A stretch of 64,000 nucleotides of DNA from Bacilli bacterium (GTDB taxonomy: Bacteria; Bacillota_I; Bacilli_A; RFN20; CAG-826). Location of the stretch: the NCBI GenBank assembly GCA_045597865.1, contig JAZLKX010000052.1:202470-266469 (forward strand), written 5' to 3'. The notes under the pieces are model-generated. The model saw only the letters and a program-made list of their open reading frames with translations, was not told the DNA's origin and did not search any database. Below are positions 18,450-29,089 of this stretch, piece by piece; the first letter of the stretch is position 1; every line of letters begins with the position of its first letter. The position numbers were made by a program, and so were the translations under genes.

Positions 18450-21179
18450 ATGGCAAGCAATACAGACTATACCCGTTTTACCTATCAGGAGCTATTGGAG
18501 GATTTCCAAAACCGTTTAGCTTCTGATGAACGTTTTAAGAATTTATCAGCTGCATCTATTTATCAGATGTTCATGGAATTGCTGACTGGTACAATGGACC
18601 AGACTAACTTCATGATTCAAAGAACTGCTGAAGAAGCTTTTATTGATACTGCACGTTTAGACAGTTCAGTTATTAAGTACGCAAAGAACCTTGGCTATTC
18701 ACCGCGACGTCCTGCACCAGCTCAGACTGAATTGGTAATTAAGATTAAAGGACCACTTCCAAAATCGCTGCGTCCAAAGGCAACTATATATTTCTCACAA
18801 GAAGAAGTTGACTTAACGTATAATGATAACAAGTTCATGCTAAGTACTGACTATTCCTATACATTTGATGAAGCTGATATTCGTGACGGTCAGTCAGCTA
18901 CTTGGTCCAAAACACTTGTGTTTGCCAGAAATTCCTCGTCAATGCGTTATTATGAATTGGGAGGTATTAAACTGTATTCATCAGCTGACGCCGTACCTTT
19001 AAAAGCATTTCAGGGTGAATTAAAAGTTGAAGTAATCAAAGGTACAGCCAATGTAAGAAAACTAGGGAAAAACTACCAGTATTATGATGTTGATGACCTT
19101 GAATGGTCAAACTGGTATGGACGCCGCGACCCCAATGCGTACTCCCGTGGAAGGTATTATAAGACGGCTGGATACACCAAGATTGGTATCGGTAAAACAC
19201 AAAGCGAAGCTTTCAAAGAAGACAACCTCTTTGATATTGAAGACTGTTCAATTTACTTAAATGAAGGCGTTTTTGAATTTGAAGATTCCGATGAAAATGA
19301 TCCACTTCGTGTATGTCAGGTTACAACTAACCAAGACAAGACCGTTCGTATTCAGTTCGGCGATGGTGTCATTGTAAGAAACGGTATGATCCGTGATACT
19401 GAAAACATTTACATTCAGTATCTGAAGACTAAAGGTTCCGACGCAAATGCGTTGGGTACTAAAGGCAGTACCTTTACTACTACATGTAAGTTCTATGCTA
19501 CGCAGGCAGGCGGTACAGTTGATGTTACCAATAACATCCAGATTCAGTTGAACTCAGATATTCTTGATGGTACTGATTTTGAAACCGCACAGTCAATTAA
19601 GAACAATGCTCCTAGGTATTATGCTGCCGCTGGCCGTTTGGTTACAAAGAGCGATTTCATTTCATACTTCAATGCTATGACCGCCCCTGTCAAGGTTGCT
19701 AATGCAAATGCTTGGGGACAGGATGAAATTGAAGAATTATATGAAGGCGGCACAATTACTTATAAGTACCTACAGAACTTGATTATGTACTGTATTGCCG
19801 CAAGTACATATAACATCAATGGTAAAGTGAATAGCGTAAGAAATGTTCTTGATGAAGATGATGATGCCTTTGGCGCATTTACGGTATTTGGATCTGGCAC
19901 ATCATACCTACAGCATTTAACAGATTACATCAAAATGCTATTGAGTTTCAACTCATTCAACTCACAGCAATACATGCGTAACCCGTCAAAACAATGGCAG
20001 AAAAATATCAAGAAAATTCGTCAGCAACTAAATGACAGAATGATTATGAATAGCCGCCTATACGCTATGCCGCCATTCGTACAATACTTTGATGTATGCG
20101 GTTCAGTAGAAATTGAGTCGCTTGCTAAACTTCAGGATTATAAGCTAAAGGTTGAAAATGACATTTATGAATGGCTGAATGATCATAGTGCATTCAACAC
20201 GCCAATCTATAAAGCTGACATTCTAAAGTTCTTTGCTAATCGCCCAGAAACAAAAGCAATTAACCTTGACATTAAGGTATCAGAATGGATAAAGGGAACT
20301 GAAAACTGTCTGTCATACAACATCAGCGATAAATCATTTAACCAGATTTATTCAATGAATCGCAACTTACCCGGGGCTCCTTCATATACAAATGAAGGCG
20401 ACCATATCAACTATAACGTAATCACATTACCAAGGACTGATGCAAATGGTAATCGTTTAACTGCTGACAGTTTACGAAACAAAAACATTCGTATAAAGCT
20501 ATATGGCTATAACTCCGCCGACCGTGAAACAAAGTTCAGAAATGAATTCCAGTTTACTCCGTACGAAGTAACTGAAACATCGCAGAACATTGTGATTAGC
20601 ATGTATGGTTACCAATCACGTTCGAAATATGATGTGATTAACCAACAGGCAATGATTTATGTTTACGTAGTTTCATCTGGTGACTTTGCATCTACAACAA
20701 ACTTCTCAACAGCAAACGCACAATCTTACGGTCTTACTCAGGCTCAGGTAGCTGCGGTTGAAAATGATCTTAAGCGTTGGATTCAAAACGCTACAGTTGT
20801 TCGTGAAGCTGACCGTGCTATTCCATTGCCGTATTATGTTGAAACGATGGACGAGATTACTCGTCAAGAAACAATCTTGCGTGTTGGCGCTGTACAGAAT
20901 CAGCTTGAAACTGAATTGACTGAAAAATCATTCTGGCAGTATATGGTGCCACAGATAATTTCAAAATACTACTATTCATCATTTACTGATATGAATGATG
21001 AAGACGTGAATGGCACTTTATGGAATAACATCAATAACCTTGTGGTGGATATATATAAACTGATGAAGGCAACATTCTGTGATTCAGTTCTTGATGATAA
21101 CAATAACATCGTGAACTTCTCAATGGATAATGAATTGCCCGTCGTTCGTTTGAACATCACCTATAAGTATAGGAGCTAA
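18450..21179 (+). CDS. gp6: baseplate wedge subunit
   Basis: EAFIDTARLDSSVIKYAKNLGYSP, IQFGDG, YLKTKG..AN, SIKNNAP.YYAA.GRLVT.SDF, AWG. Confidence 0.9.
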   Translation: MASNTDYTRFTYQELLEDFQNRLASDERFKNLSAASIYQMFMELLTGTMDQTNFMIQRTAEEAFIDTARLDSSVIKYAKNLGYSPRRPAPAQTELVIKIKGPLPKSLRPKATIYFSQEEVDLTYNDNKFMLSTDYSYTFDEADIRDGQSATWSKTLVFARNSSSMRYYELGGIKLYSSADAVPLKAFQGELKVEVIKGTANVRKLGKNYQYYDVDDLEWSNWYGRRDPNAYSRGRYYKTAGYTKIGIGKTQSEAFKEDNLFDIEDCSIYLNEGVFEFEDSDENDPLRVCQVTTNQDKTVRIQFGDGVIVRNGMIRDTENIYIQYLKTKGSDANALGTKGSTFTTTCKFYATQAGGTVDVTNNIQIQLNSDILDGTDFETAQSIKNNAPRYYAAAGRLVTKSDFISYFNAMTAPVKVANANAWGQDEIEELYEGGTITYKYLQNLIMYCIAASTYNINGKVNSVRNVLDEDDDAFGAFTVFGSGTSYLQHLTDYIKMLLSFNSFNSQQYMRNPSKQWQKNIKKIRQQLNDRMIMNSRLYAMPPFVQYFDVCGSVEIESLAKLQDYKLKVENDIYEWLNDHSAFNTPIYKADILKFFANRPETKAINLDIKVSEWIKGTENCLSYNISDKSFNQIYSMNRNLPGAPSYTNEGDHINYNVITLPRTDANGNRLTADSLRNKNIRIKLYGYNSADRETKFRNEFQFTPYEVTETSQNIVISMYGYQSRSKYDVINQQAMIYVYVVSSGDFASTTNFSTANAQSYGLTQAQVAAVENDLKRWIQNATVVREADRAIPLPYYVETMDEITRQETILRVGAVQNQLETELTEKSFWQYMVPQIISKYYYSSFTDMNDEDVNGTLWNNINNLVVDIYKLMKATFCDSVLDDNNNIVNFSMDNELPVVRLNITYKYRS

Positions 21180-21182
21180 TTT

Positions 21183-23024
21183 ATGTCAATGTATGTTGAC
21201 ACAAAATACCAAAACTTTTTAGCAACGATTACGGTTAAGAGTGACTCAATAGACGCCATTGATTTATATAATCCAGCGTTTCATATTGACTTTACTAATC
21301 AGTTTGATGCTGCTGCGAATGCAATTAAAATTGCTGAGCTGATTGATGAAAGAGCTGGCTATGAAAAGATAAATGCAGCTGCTATTGCCGAAGCTGAAAA
21401 TGTATTGGATGATTTACACAAGAAGCTACGTTATGTAAGCACAGCTGCGGAAAAAGATGAACTGCAAAATGAATGTAAGAAACAAACTGTTATAATCAAT
21501 TCATTAACACAAGAAATATGGCAATGTGAGCACGGTAAGTATAACAAGTGCGACAAATGTAATGGCGCTGGTTTTGAGGCTGATGGCGTTATTTGTTCAA
21601 AGTGTAATGGCAAATGCCTTGACATGTCCGAAAAGATAAGTAACGGCATTGAAGATTACCTGAACATAGCCAACTCACCAATGTTATCAATCGGTAACGA
21701 CAACGCAGTGAAGCCTGATGTTTACTGCAATGCTGATGATGAAACTTTAATTCGTAACGGTATGCAGTACTGGATAAATGAAGACAAGAAATCAATGACA
21801 TTCCGTTTTATTCCACAACTTAAAGTTATTAGCGAAACACAAGTAACGCCTACACCAACCAATACATTTTTAATTGGGTCCACACTGACCGATATTGACT
21901 TGAATGATGATTGGAGAAATCCTAATTGGCAAACGATTGAGGAATATGTCAAATGGCGCTATGAGGAATTCGCCGACGGTTCTTATCCTACATACACAGG
22001 TTGTACTGAGAATATAGCAGATCCAGAAATTGAACACACCAAGAATGAAGCAGACCTCATCACTGTGTTACATACCATGCATAATGCGCGGTATCGTGAT
22101 TGGCGTTTTATTTTTATAAACGAATGCTATTATGATAATACTGGCGCTATTAAGGTATGGAGAAAATGGGGACTTGAAGAAGGTGATAATTATGATGATA
22201 TTAGAAAAATTGAACCACCTGAAATCATTGACCCGCCAATTACAACCGGCTCTCAGCTAGGCGCATCTGAAACCATTGCTACTGAACCAAATCCGTTACC
22301 ATTTCAATCGGTAGTTTGTGTTGTTGCTTTTGACTATAATAATGTTGCTCGTTTTGAAGTATCTTTGCTACCACGGCTTATCTCAGGCGATATTGAAAAA
22401 CAGGATCCATTAGATCCTGACCCAATTTTAGGTCAGGGTACATGGAACACAACTGCTTATAATGTACACACAAAAGAAACTGACATTATTGCTCACCCAT
22501 TGCCTAACTCAGCCTGCGATCCTGCCCGTCCGGAAATAGTACCTGACGGAGACAAGATTCATCCTAACTTAGTTAAAGGTAATGTTGGCGAAATCCCTAG
22601 AACTGATTATGAATGGAACAGCCCTATTGACCGTGACCATTTGTACATCAATAATACCGACGGCACTATACCTGAGCAAGTTGTGCCATTGTATGTATGC
22701 AAAACAAGTGCATTCATTTCACAGCAACTAATGGATGAAGGATATAAGTTTGATTGGACAAAATTCAAATCAGATCTTTATGATGTAGCAGTTGGATCTG
22801 CCGTAGAAATTCCATACACAATAAACGGCAGCACAGATTTTGCTTCGCTTGAACCGCAGGAGATTACTGCGATGCTGGTTGAAACATATCAGGGTGATGA
22901 TGAGGAACTACTTGAACTAAATAAAGCTAAATTCAATATGTATGAAATAGTTCAAATGCTTGAAACATCAAGCAAAGATGCAACTGTTTCAAAGAACCAA
23001 TTAAGATGTAGGGTTGCTATCTAA
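21183..23024 (+). CDS. putative baseplate-associated protein with one CxxCxGxG pair
   Basis: Follows gp6; CDKCNGAG...CSKCNGKC. Confidence 0.55.
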   Translation: MSMYVDTKYQNFLATITVKSDSIDAIDLYNPAFHIDFTNQFDAAANAIKIAELIDERAGYEKINAAAIAEAENVLDDLHKKLRYVSTAAEKDELQNECKKQTVIINSLTQEIWQCEHGKYNKCDKCNGAGFEADGVICSKCNGKCLDMSEKISNGIEDYLNIANSPMLSIGNDNAVKPDVYCNADDETLIRNGMQYWINEDKKSMTFRFIPQLKVISETQVTPTPTNTFLIGSTLTDIDLNDDWRNPNWQTIEEYVKWRYEEFADGSYPTYTGCTENIADPEIEHTKNEADLITVLHTMHNARYRDWRFIFINECYYDNTGAIKVWRKWGLEEGDNYDDIRKIEPPEIIDPPITTGSQLGASETIATEPNPLPFQSVVCVVAFDYNNVARFEVSLLPRLISGDIEKQDPLDPDPILGQGTWNTTAYNVHTKETDIIAHPLPNSACDPARPEIVPDGDKIHPNLVKGNVGEIPRTDYEWNSPIDRDHLYINNTDGTIPEQVVPLYVCKTSAFISQQLMDEGYKFDWTKFKSDLYDVAVGSAVEIPYTINGSTDFASLEPQEITAMLVETYQGDDEELLELNKAKFNMYEIVQMLETSSKDATVSKNQLRCRVAI

Positions 23025-23575
23025 TGCCAGGTATTACAAGTCAAATAAATGATTTTAATAAGAACAAGTTCATGGTACGTTTTAGCAACGTACCTAACAT
23101 GACGGGTTATGACAAGATTGATGTTCATGTGCTGAACAATTATGTACAGGCATTTAACATTCCAGACATTTCTGTTCCAATGCTTACATCAGTATTTGGC
23201 CATGAACGCCAGCTACACCCTAACACAATTGGTTCTCGTGATTTGCAGACTATCAATATGGAGTTCAAGATTGATGAACATATGTTTAACTTCTGGCTCA
23301 TGTATTCATGGCTGTATAACATGAGACACGGGCAAACCTGTGGTAAGAAAAACCTTAAAGGTGAAGAGCTTGTTAGAATGGACTGTATTGACTGTATTGA
23401 GCTCTGCTTGCTTGATAACGATAACCACCTAATTTCAAAACTGCGCTTTCATCACTGCATCATTAACAACATCAGCGCTTTGGATCTTTCATTCAAGAGT
23501 TCTGACTTAGGTACAATGGTAGTAACATTTGAAGTTGAAGACATGTCATTCCATGTTGAAACTGACGAGGAATAA
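23024..23575 (+). CDS. gp3: tail completion/tube terminator protein, gp3-like
   Basis: NKF...F, VQAFNIPDIS, FKIDE.MFNFWLMYSWL, LLDNDN, VTFE. Confidence 0.75.
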   Translation: MPGITSQINDFNKNKFMVRFSNVPNMTGYDKIDVHVLNNYVQAFNIPDISVPMLTSVFGHERQLHPNTIGSRDLQTINMEFKIDEHMFNFWLMYSWLYNMRHGQTCGKKNLKGEELVRMDCIDCIELCLLDNDNHLISKLRFHHCIINNISALDLSFKSSDLGTMVVTFEVEDMSFHVETDEE

Positions 23576-24285
23576 TGGAATTATCTAATCCAAATCATTG
23601 TGGCATCTGCGGGATTGTTTTTAACAACTCCCGCTCTTTGCTAATGCATGTAACACAAAAACATAACATGGACGCTAAGTTCTACTATGATAAAGTAAAG
23701 AAAGAAAAGAACGAAGGCATCTGTCCTTGTTGCGGTAATCAAACTGCATACATTGATTTTACTCGTGGCTATTCAAGATTCTGTTCAACAAAGTGTTCCG
23801 TTGCTTGGCAGAAATCTCATGCAGAAAAATCAGAAATCATTTGTAAAGAATGCGGCGAAAAATTTGAGGCTGACTCTAAGAACGCCGTTGCTATGGCATT
23901 TGCTCGCCACTTACGCAATGACCATCAAATGACACCTAAGGACTATTATGATAAGTATATGAAACTGGAAGGCGAAGGTGTTTGCCCTGAATGTGGCAAA
24001 GAAACTGCATTCCTTAAAATGTCGCAAGGTTATGCTAAGTTTTGCTCTCGTGAATGCACTCGTGCTGCCACACAACGAGAAAAAGCTGCTAACCGCGAAG
24101 AATTCAAACAGTTCAAAGAAGAACAGGCTCAGATTATCATAACTGAAGAAATGCGTCAGGAAGAATGGAAAAAAGAATGTGCTCGACGTTTAGCAGAGTT
24201 TGAAGCGCCGGAAAGGTGTACATTCAATAGAACTGATTTTGGGATCATTGGTTCATTTGGAACTATAACTGAGTGGCTCCAATAA
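23575..24285 (+). CDS. tandem zinc-finger protein
   Basis: Duplicated unit CxxC..H...H-M..K.YYDK....EG.CP.CG..TA......GY..FCS..C. Confidence 0.7.
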   Translation: MELSNPNHCGICGIVFNNSRSLLMHVTQKHNMDAKFYYDKVKKEKNEGICPCCGNQTAYIDFTRGYSRFCSTKCSVAWQKSHAEKSEIICKECGEKFEADSKNAVAMAFARHLRNDHQMTPKDYYDKYMKLEGEGVCPECGKETAFLKMSQGYAKFCSRECTRAATQREKAANREEFKQFKEEQAQIIITEEMRQEEWKKECARRLAEFEAPERCTFNRTDFGIIGSFGTITEWLQ

Positions 24286-24305
24286 ATATATTAGAGGTAA
24301 AGTAA

Positions 24306-26357
24306 ATGCCAGATATCAAAGACACCATGAATGCTAAGGCTGCTGCTGAATCTTTAGCTGCCCAGCAGGGCGCTGCTAAGTCAGCTGCTGAACAGGCTCA
24401 AGCTGCTAAAGACCAACTTAAAACACTGGCTGACCAGAATAAAATTCACATGGATATAGGTGAAGCAGCGGAAAGTTCAGAAAGTTCTTTAAAAGAACTT
24501 GTTGGCTTAGTTAAGACGCTGTTAGATAAATCTACTGAACAGACGGCAGCTTTAGGCCAACTATCAGCCGCTAAGCAAGCTTCTAATATGGCTAAACCTG
24601 GTGCTGGTGATAATGGCATCAAAACACAGGAAGTACATTTTAAAACTGTTGGTACTTTGCTGAAAATGATTGTTAAAGCAAAGTTGAAAGAAGCTATTGC
24701 TAATACAAGAAAGGGCAAGCTATTTGGCAAGGTTAGTAAAGCATTGACTAAGCAAGGACAAAAAGCAACAAAAACTATTGATGCAAAAAGCATGAAACAG
24801 GAAGGCAAAGGCGACGGTAAGCTACAGGCGCCACAACTGGATAATAAGATGCTTGCTTCATCATTGATGCAAGGCGTTGTTACTGCGCTCAATCCTATTG
24901 CTTTGGTAACTGCATTCCTTACTAAAGTATTGCCGCTAATAATCATTTTAGGTATTTTGTTATACGGCTTTATCACAGGCTTCTTAGGCGGCGATGTGTA
25001 TGATGTTATCGCTGTGATGGTTGGCATTATCATTGCAGCCATTATTGCGTACGTTGCGTGGATGATGATTAAAGAAGCTATCGTAATTGGTATTAAGATA
25101 GCGTGTGAAATTTTGAAAGTTGTTATTGAAGCTGCCGCTGACTGGTTTGCTGTTGGTATCATTGTAGCAATGGTTGCTGTGATTGGCATTGCATTCCTCG
25201 CAGCTGCTGCATTGATTATCATTCTTTTGGCCGGTGCGTTGCTTTTAATTGCCGTTGCATTTGCATTCGTTTTTAAGATGATCATTGAACAGATCATCAA
25301 ACTGGTTAAGGTATTATACGACCTATTCATGAACTTCATTGATAAGATTATTAACTGTATCTTAATTGTTATTGATAAGGTCGCGGACGTATTTAGCAGA
25401 GTAGGCGATAAATTCTTTGACATCATTGATAAGATTTTTGATTTGATTATGGCACCGGCTAACATGATTATGAACTTATTCCAGTCAGTCGGCGATACAG
25501 TATCAAATATCGTTGATAAAATTGTCGGTTTATTTAGCGGTGTTGCTGGAAAACTTTTAAACAAAATTCTTGGTATTTTTAGCAGTGACGCTGCGGCTGA
25601 AGAAGAAGCTGCCGCTAAACCAATTATCGTTAATTCATTAAATGCAGCCTTATGGAATGATCAGAAACTTGGTGAACGAATGGAATCAGCATGGCGTGAA
25701 GGTATTAACACCTTTATAGTGACTGTAACTGCGGCTGTCATGACCACTTTGGCGACAGCATTTGAGACAATGATTGCTACAGCTACAACATTACTCACTG
25801 CTATGCTTACATCAATTGTTGCATTATTTGCTTCATATATGCAAACCCTTGGTGTAGCACTAACACAGCTTACGATGTTATTTGGCGCAGCCTTTACTGG
25901 CATAACAACAATTACTATGACATTCATTGGCTTGCTAATGACTATGCCGCTGCTTGGCATGCTATTTGGTTTGGTTGGTAAAAATTCATTTAAAGATGCT
26001 ATTGAACCATTGCTACACGTAACTGAACAAATTGCGGATCTGCTTCATCATTTAGTAGCAAACAGCATTAGCCGTAAGTCTAGCATGGTTAAAACAACAG
26101 CAATAAACAATTCATCAGTTGATGGTTCAGAAACCTACAACACAACAAATGTTGATAACACAGCATATCCATCAGACGGCGGCAGAACATTTAGTGAAGC
26201 TAATGAGGTTGGCGCTGCTAACAATCAGGCGGTTCATAATGGTGCTGATGCTCCAATTACACAAGGCTTCTTAGCAGAACAAATCAAGATCTTAACAAAT
26301 GCACTAGCTGAACTTGGTGAATCACTCGGTGAAACTGTTGAACAAGGATGGTTTTAA
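24306..26357 (+). CDS. tape-measure-like protein with long hydrophobic core
   Basis: Ala/Ile-rich helical 683 aa with TM-like segments and IDKI/FDII-type repeats in the tail module. Confidence 0.6.
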   Translation: MPDIKDTMNAKAAAESLAAQQGAAKSAAEQAQAAKDQLKTLADQNKIHMDIGEAAESSESSLKELVGLVKTLLDKSTEQTAALGQLSAAKQASNMAKPGAGDNGIKTQEVHFKTVGTLLKMIVKAKLKEAIANTRKGKLFGKVSKALTKQGQKATKTIDAKSMKQEGKGDGKLQAPQLDNKMLASSLMQGVVTALNPIALVTAFLTKVLPLIIILGILLYGFITGFLGGDVYDVIAVMVGIIIAAIIAYVAWMMIKEAIVIGIKIACEILKVVIEAAADWFAVGIIVAMVAVIGIAFLAAAALIIILLAGALLLIAVAFAFVFKMIIEQIIKLVKVLYDLFMNFIDKIINCILIVIDKVADVFSRVGDKFFDIIDKIFDLIMAPANMIMNLFQSVGDTVSNIVDKIVGLFSGVAGKLLNKILGIFSSDAAAEEEAAAKPIIVNSLNAALWNDQKLGERMESAWREGINTFIVTVTAAVMTTLATAFETMIATATTLLTAMLTSIVALFASYMQTLGVALTQLTMLFGAAFTGITTITMTFIGLLMTMPLLGMLFGLVGKNSFKDAIEPLLHVTEQIADLLHHLVANSISRKSSMVKTTAINNSSVDGSETYNTTNVDNTAYPSDGGRTFSEANEVGAANNQAVHNGADAPITQGFLAEQIKILTNALAELGESLGETVEQGWF

Positions 26358-26359
26358 TA

Positions 26360-27286
26360 ATGGCGCTAACAGTACAACGCGGCAATAGAGTCGGACAATT
26401 TAATAGAAAAGACGCTAGTCCAGTCCAGCGTTCATCTATGGTTTATCTAAAAGTCTTTAATACCGGGTTTCTTGGCACAACCGATTATCAGTGGCTGCCT
26501 GATTGGGCTAGACTTGGCTTTTGGGTTATAAATCTTGAGCCGTTCACCGTTTCAGCTAGCACATCATGGAAAAATAATGCAGGTGCTACTATTGCTGGAA
26601 AAATCAATGACTTAATGGATTCAACTGTGCTCAAAATACTTCAAGGACAAAATGCGTTTCAGTCAGTCGCAACCGATAGCTGGACACAACAGGTCGTTGA
26701 AAAAGGCAGTCCATTAAGTTGTAACCTCAAGTTTAGAATTTATTATAACAAAGACAATAACTTCAATGAACAGGCAAATCCAACTTACAAAGGTTTAATC
26801 AAATTTTTTACAGCAGTATCAGCACCACCTAGGCAGTATTCATTGTGGGAAGGTATTACTGGCCAGATTGGCGCAGCTTTACGAAATGCTAAACAGATGG
26901 ACAGCGACATCAAGACTGCATCTGAATATAAAACTGCAGAAGGCAAAACACGCACCGACTATGGTAAAGCAATAAAATACACGCTTGCGTCAATACCGCA
27001 AAACGGCGGCTTTGATGAACCCGGTGACACTGGACACGGCGCAGTTCGCGGACAATTTACATTTAACATTAGCACTGAAAAAATGGGCTGTAATTCGCTT
27101 GACTGGATTCTTAAGAGTTTTTCATGGACACCGTCTCAACAGATGGTAATAGAAAAAGGTAAACCAAATCCATTGTGGGTTGATTTTGAATGTGCATTTG
27201 AAACAAACATTTGCCCGTCAAATGCTTATGTTTCAAAATTCATGCTTAAAAGAAATTCTGTGAAAGTAAAACCGAAAAATGGCTAA
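26360..27286 (+). CDS. baseplate-tube junction protein, gp48-like (tentative); start 26348 or 26360
   Basis: Follows TMP-like gene; LKFRIY..PP..SWTPS..VDF; paralog of 27283-28230. Confidence 0.45.
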   Translation: MALTVQRGNRVGQFNRKDASPVQRSSMVYLKVFNTGFLGTTDYQWLPDWARLGFWVINLEPFTVSASTSWKNNAGATIAGKINDLMDSTVLKILQGQNAFQSVATDSWTQQVVEKGSPLSCNLKFRIYYNKDNNFNEQANPTYKGLIKFFTAVSAPPRQYSLWEGITGQIGAALRNAKQMDSDIKTASEYKTAEGKTRTDYGKAIKYTLASIPQNGGFDEPGDTGHGAVRGQFTFNISTEKMGCNSLDWILKSFSWTPSQQMVIEKGKPNPLWVDFECAFETNICPSNAYVSKFMLKRNSVKVKPKNG

Positions 27287-28230
27287 GATATAATTTTAAG
27301 CCATGATTTTGCAGATAGTACTTGGTCCATAGTACAACTTATCGTGAAATCATAATAGTAATGATCATTCATATCAGTGTTCCATTCACGCGACGGCGTA
27401 ACCGACCAAGAATCAATATATACAGTAAGTGGTGAATTATAAATGAATGGATAAATTTTTAGCTGAAACAGATTAGCACCAAAGATTTTATATTGATTTG
27501 CTGCGTGTGCTCTGTCATTACCAGGTCCTGAAGTATTATATTTTCTGATAGCCTGTTCAATTTCCTTCATACCATCATTTGCTTCAGCATCATTCGTGAA
27601 AGTCGCTGGCGCACCTGTGCTCCCACTGTTTATTCCAATTTGTGAACTGGCTGCACGGCTACGTAAGTCTCCTGAAGATATTGCCGCAGGTTCACTTTCT
27701 TCACCTTGTTTTTTATCGTCTTTTTCTTTTCCTAAAGCACTAAAGAATGCTTCAGCACTAGCCATTGCATCAGCGATTTGGTCAAGAAATTTTCCAACTG
27801 AAAATCCACAATTTGAATTTGGCGGGGTTGTCAATGCTAGAAATAATTTCCATTCGCCCGCGTTTCTTAGAGAATGCGGGCCTATTTTTTGCCCTGGATA
27901 GCATCTGAATTTCAAATCAAATTTTGGCGGTGCATAACCTTTATATATGCGTGCGGTCATTGCATCCATAGCTTGCATTTTGCCGCCAGGTCCGTCTGGC
28001 TGATTGGCAGCGATAAACTGCAAAATGTCATTATTCAATAAGTCTTCGAGTTTTTCGCCAATTTCAGCTGCAGGTGAATTTTGCCAGTCAGTACTCATGC
28101 CCACAGGCGGCAGCTCTGATAAGACGCCGTCAAAATACATAACTGTACCATTTACATTGGTGCTTAGTACGAAATAGTTATTGCCGTATGTTTGCCATTT
28201 AGCATCTGAATTGATATTAGCGTCACTCAT
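27283..28230 (-). CDS. paralog of 26360-27286, convergently oriented
   Basis: Shared W.N...A.I..K..DL, LKFR.Y, T.PP, SW..TPS, DF motifs; AGGAAG RBS and GATAAATA box on - strand. Confidence 0.65.
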   Translation of the reverse strand: MSDANINSDAKWQTYGNNYFVLSTNVNGTVMYFDGVLSELPPVGMSTDWQNSPAAEIGEKLEDLLNNDILQFIAANQPDGPGGKMQAMDAMTARIYKGYAPPKFDLKFRCYPGQKIGPHSLRNAGEWKLFLALTTPPNSNCGFSVGKFLDQIADAMASAEAFFSALGKEKDDKKQGEESEPAAISSGDLRSRAASSQIGINSGSTGAPATFTNDAEANDGMKEIEQAIRKYNTSGPGNDRAHAANQYKIFGANLFQLKIYPFIYNSPLTVYIDSWSVTPSREWNTDMNDHYYYDFTISCTMDQVLSAKSWLKIIS

Positions 28231-28288
28231 ATAAACTTCCTTTTTGTATTTATCTAAGGTAGGTATAAATATAAAAAGAGAAAAAGTT

Positions 28289-29089
28289 ATGTTTAGTTAT
28301 TCTGAGATTTTCAATATACAAAAGACAACATTGCCTATCAATGCGAAAGAGCTTTCAGGCATTCTTTCACAAAAATCATTCATGGGCTTTGTTCAGTGTC
28401 CGTATAACCGTTTAATTGATACGCTTGAAGATATCTGTAAAGCTGATACTTACAAGGTATCTATCAACCCAAATGCTATGTATCAGAATGGCGCGAATCC
28501 GTTTCATCAAGCAGACTGCGTTATTCAGGTTGAAGGCTTGAGAAGCTTTGATGAATTTGTGAATAAAGTTGTTAGCACTGAAGATGCTAAAGAATGGACT
28601 GACTTCATGACCTATTCTGAAACATTCAAGGACGAAGTTCGTGTATTAAAGACGCAGGTCATCCATAAGTACCTTTGGAATGTACAGAACATCAATAATT
28701 GGTTTGAGACAACCGGAACTGCATTGCCAACAACTCGTCGTAATGAGCTGATTTCGTCATGGGAAGAGTTTAAGAAATCAGTGCTGTTAAGCACCGATCT
28801 GTACGGTTTCATTGATGCATGCGACGAAGGATCATTGCAGCAAGCAGTCAAATCGCTTAATAAGAACATCATCGCGAAACTGCAAAAGTATCGCCCTGAA
28901 CTTGATAGACATGTTCAGAATAATACAAAACGCGAAACTGACATAACTGTTAAGAACCCGATTGTGAATCGTATTTTCATTGTCTCTAACTATGCTAATC
29001 AATGTCAAAAAGATTGGCCGGCTATTAAGTTTACCAGGCTTGACCGTCGCAGTATGGACGCTATTAGCTTGTGGCAGGGAGTTAAGTAA
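28289..29089 (+). CDS. hypothetical late protein
   Basis: ATG 28289 lies just downstream of TATAAATA 28264; coupled to next gene. Confidence 0.65.
   Translation: MFSYSEIFNIQKTTLPINAKELSGILSQKSFMGFVQCPYNRLIDTLEDICKADTYKVSINPNAMYQNGANPFHQADCVIQVEGLRSFDEFVNKVVSTEDAKEWTDFMTYSETFKDEVRVLKTQVIHKYLWNVQNINNWFETTGTALPTTRRNELISSWEEFKKSVLLSTDLYGFIDACDEGSLQQAVKSLNKNIIAKLQKYRPELDRHVQNNTKRETDITVKNPIVNRIFIVSNYANQCQKDWPAIKFTRLDRRSMDAISLWQGVK

Noticed and set aside
24446-25564. 372-aa antisense ORF over the tape-measure-like gene
   Set aside because: Shadow of biased codons; no expression signals
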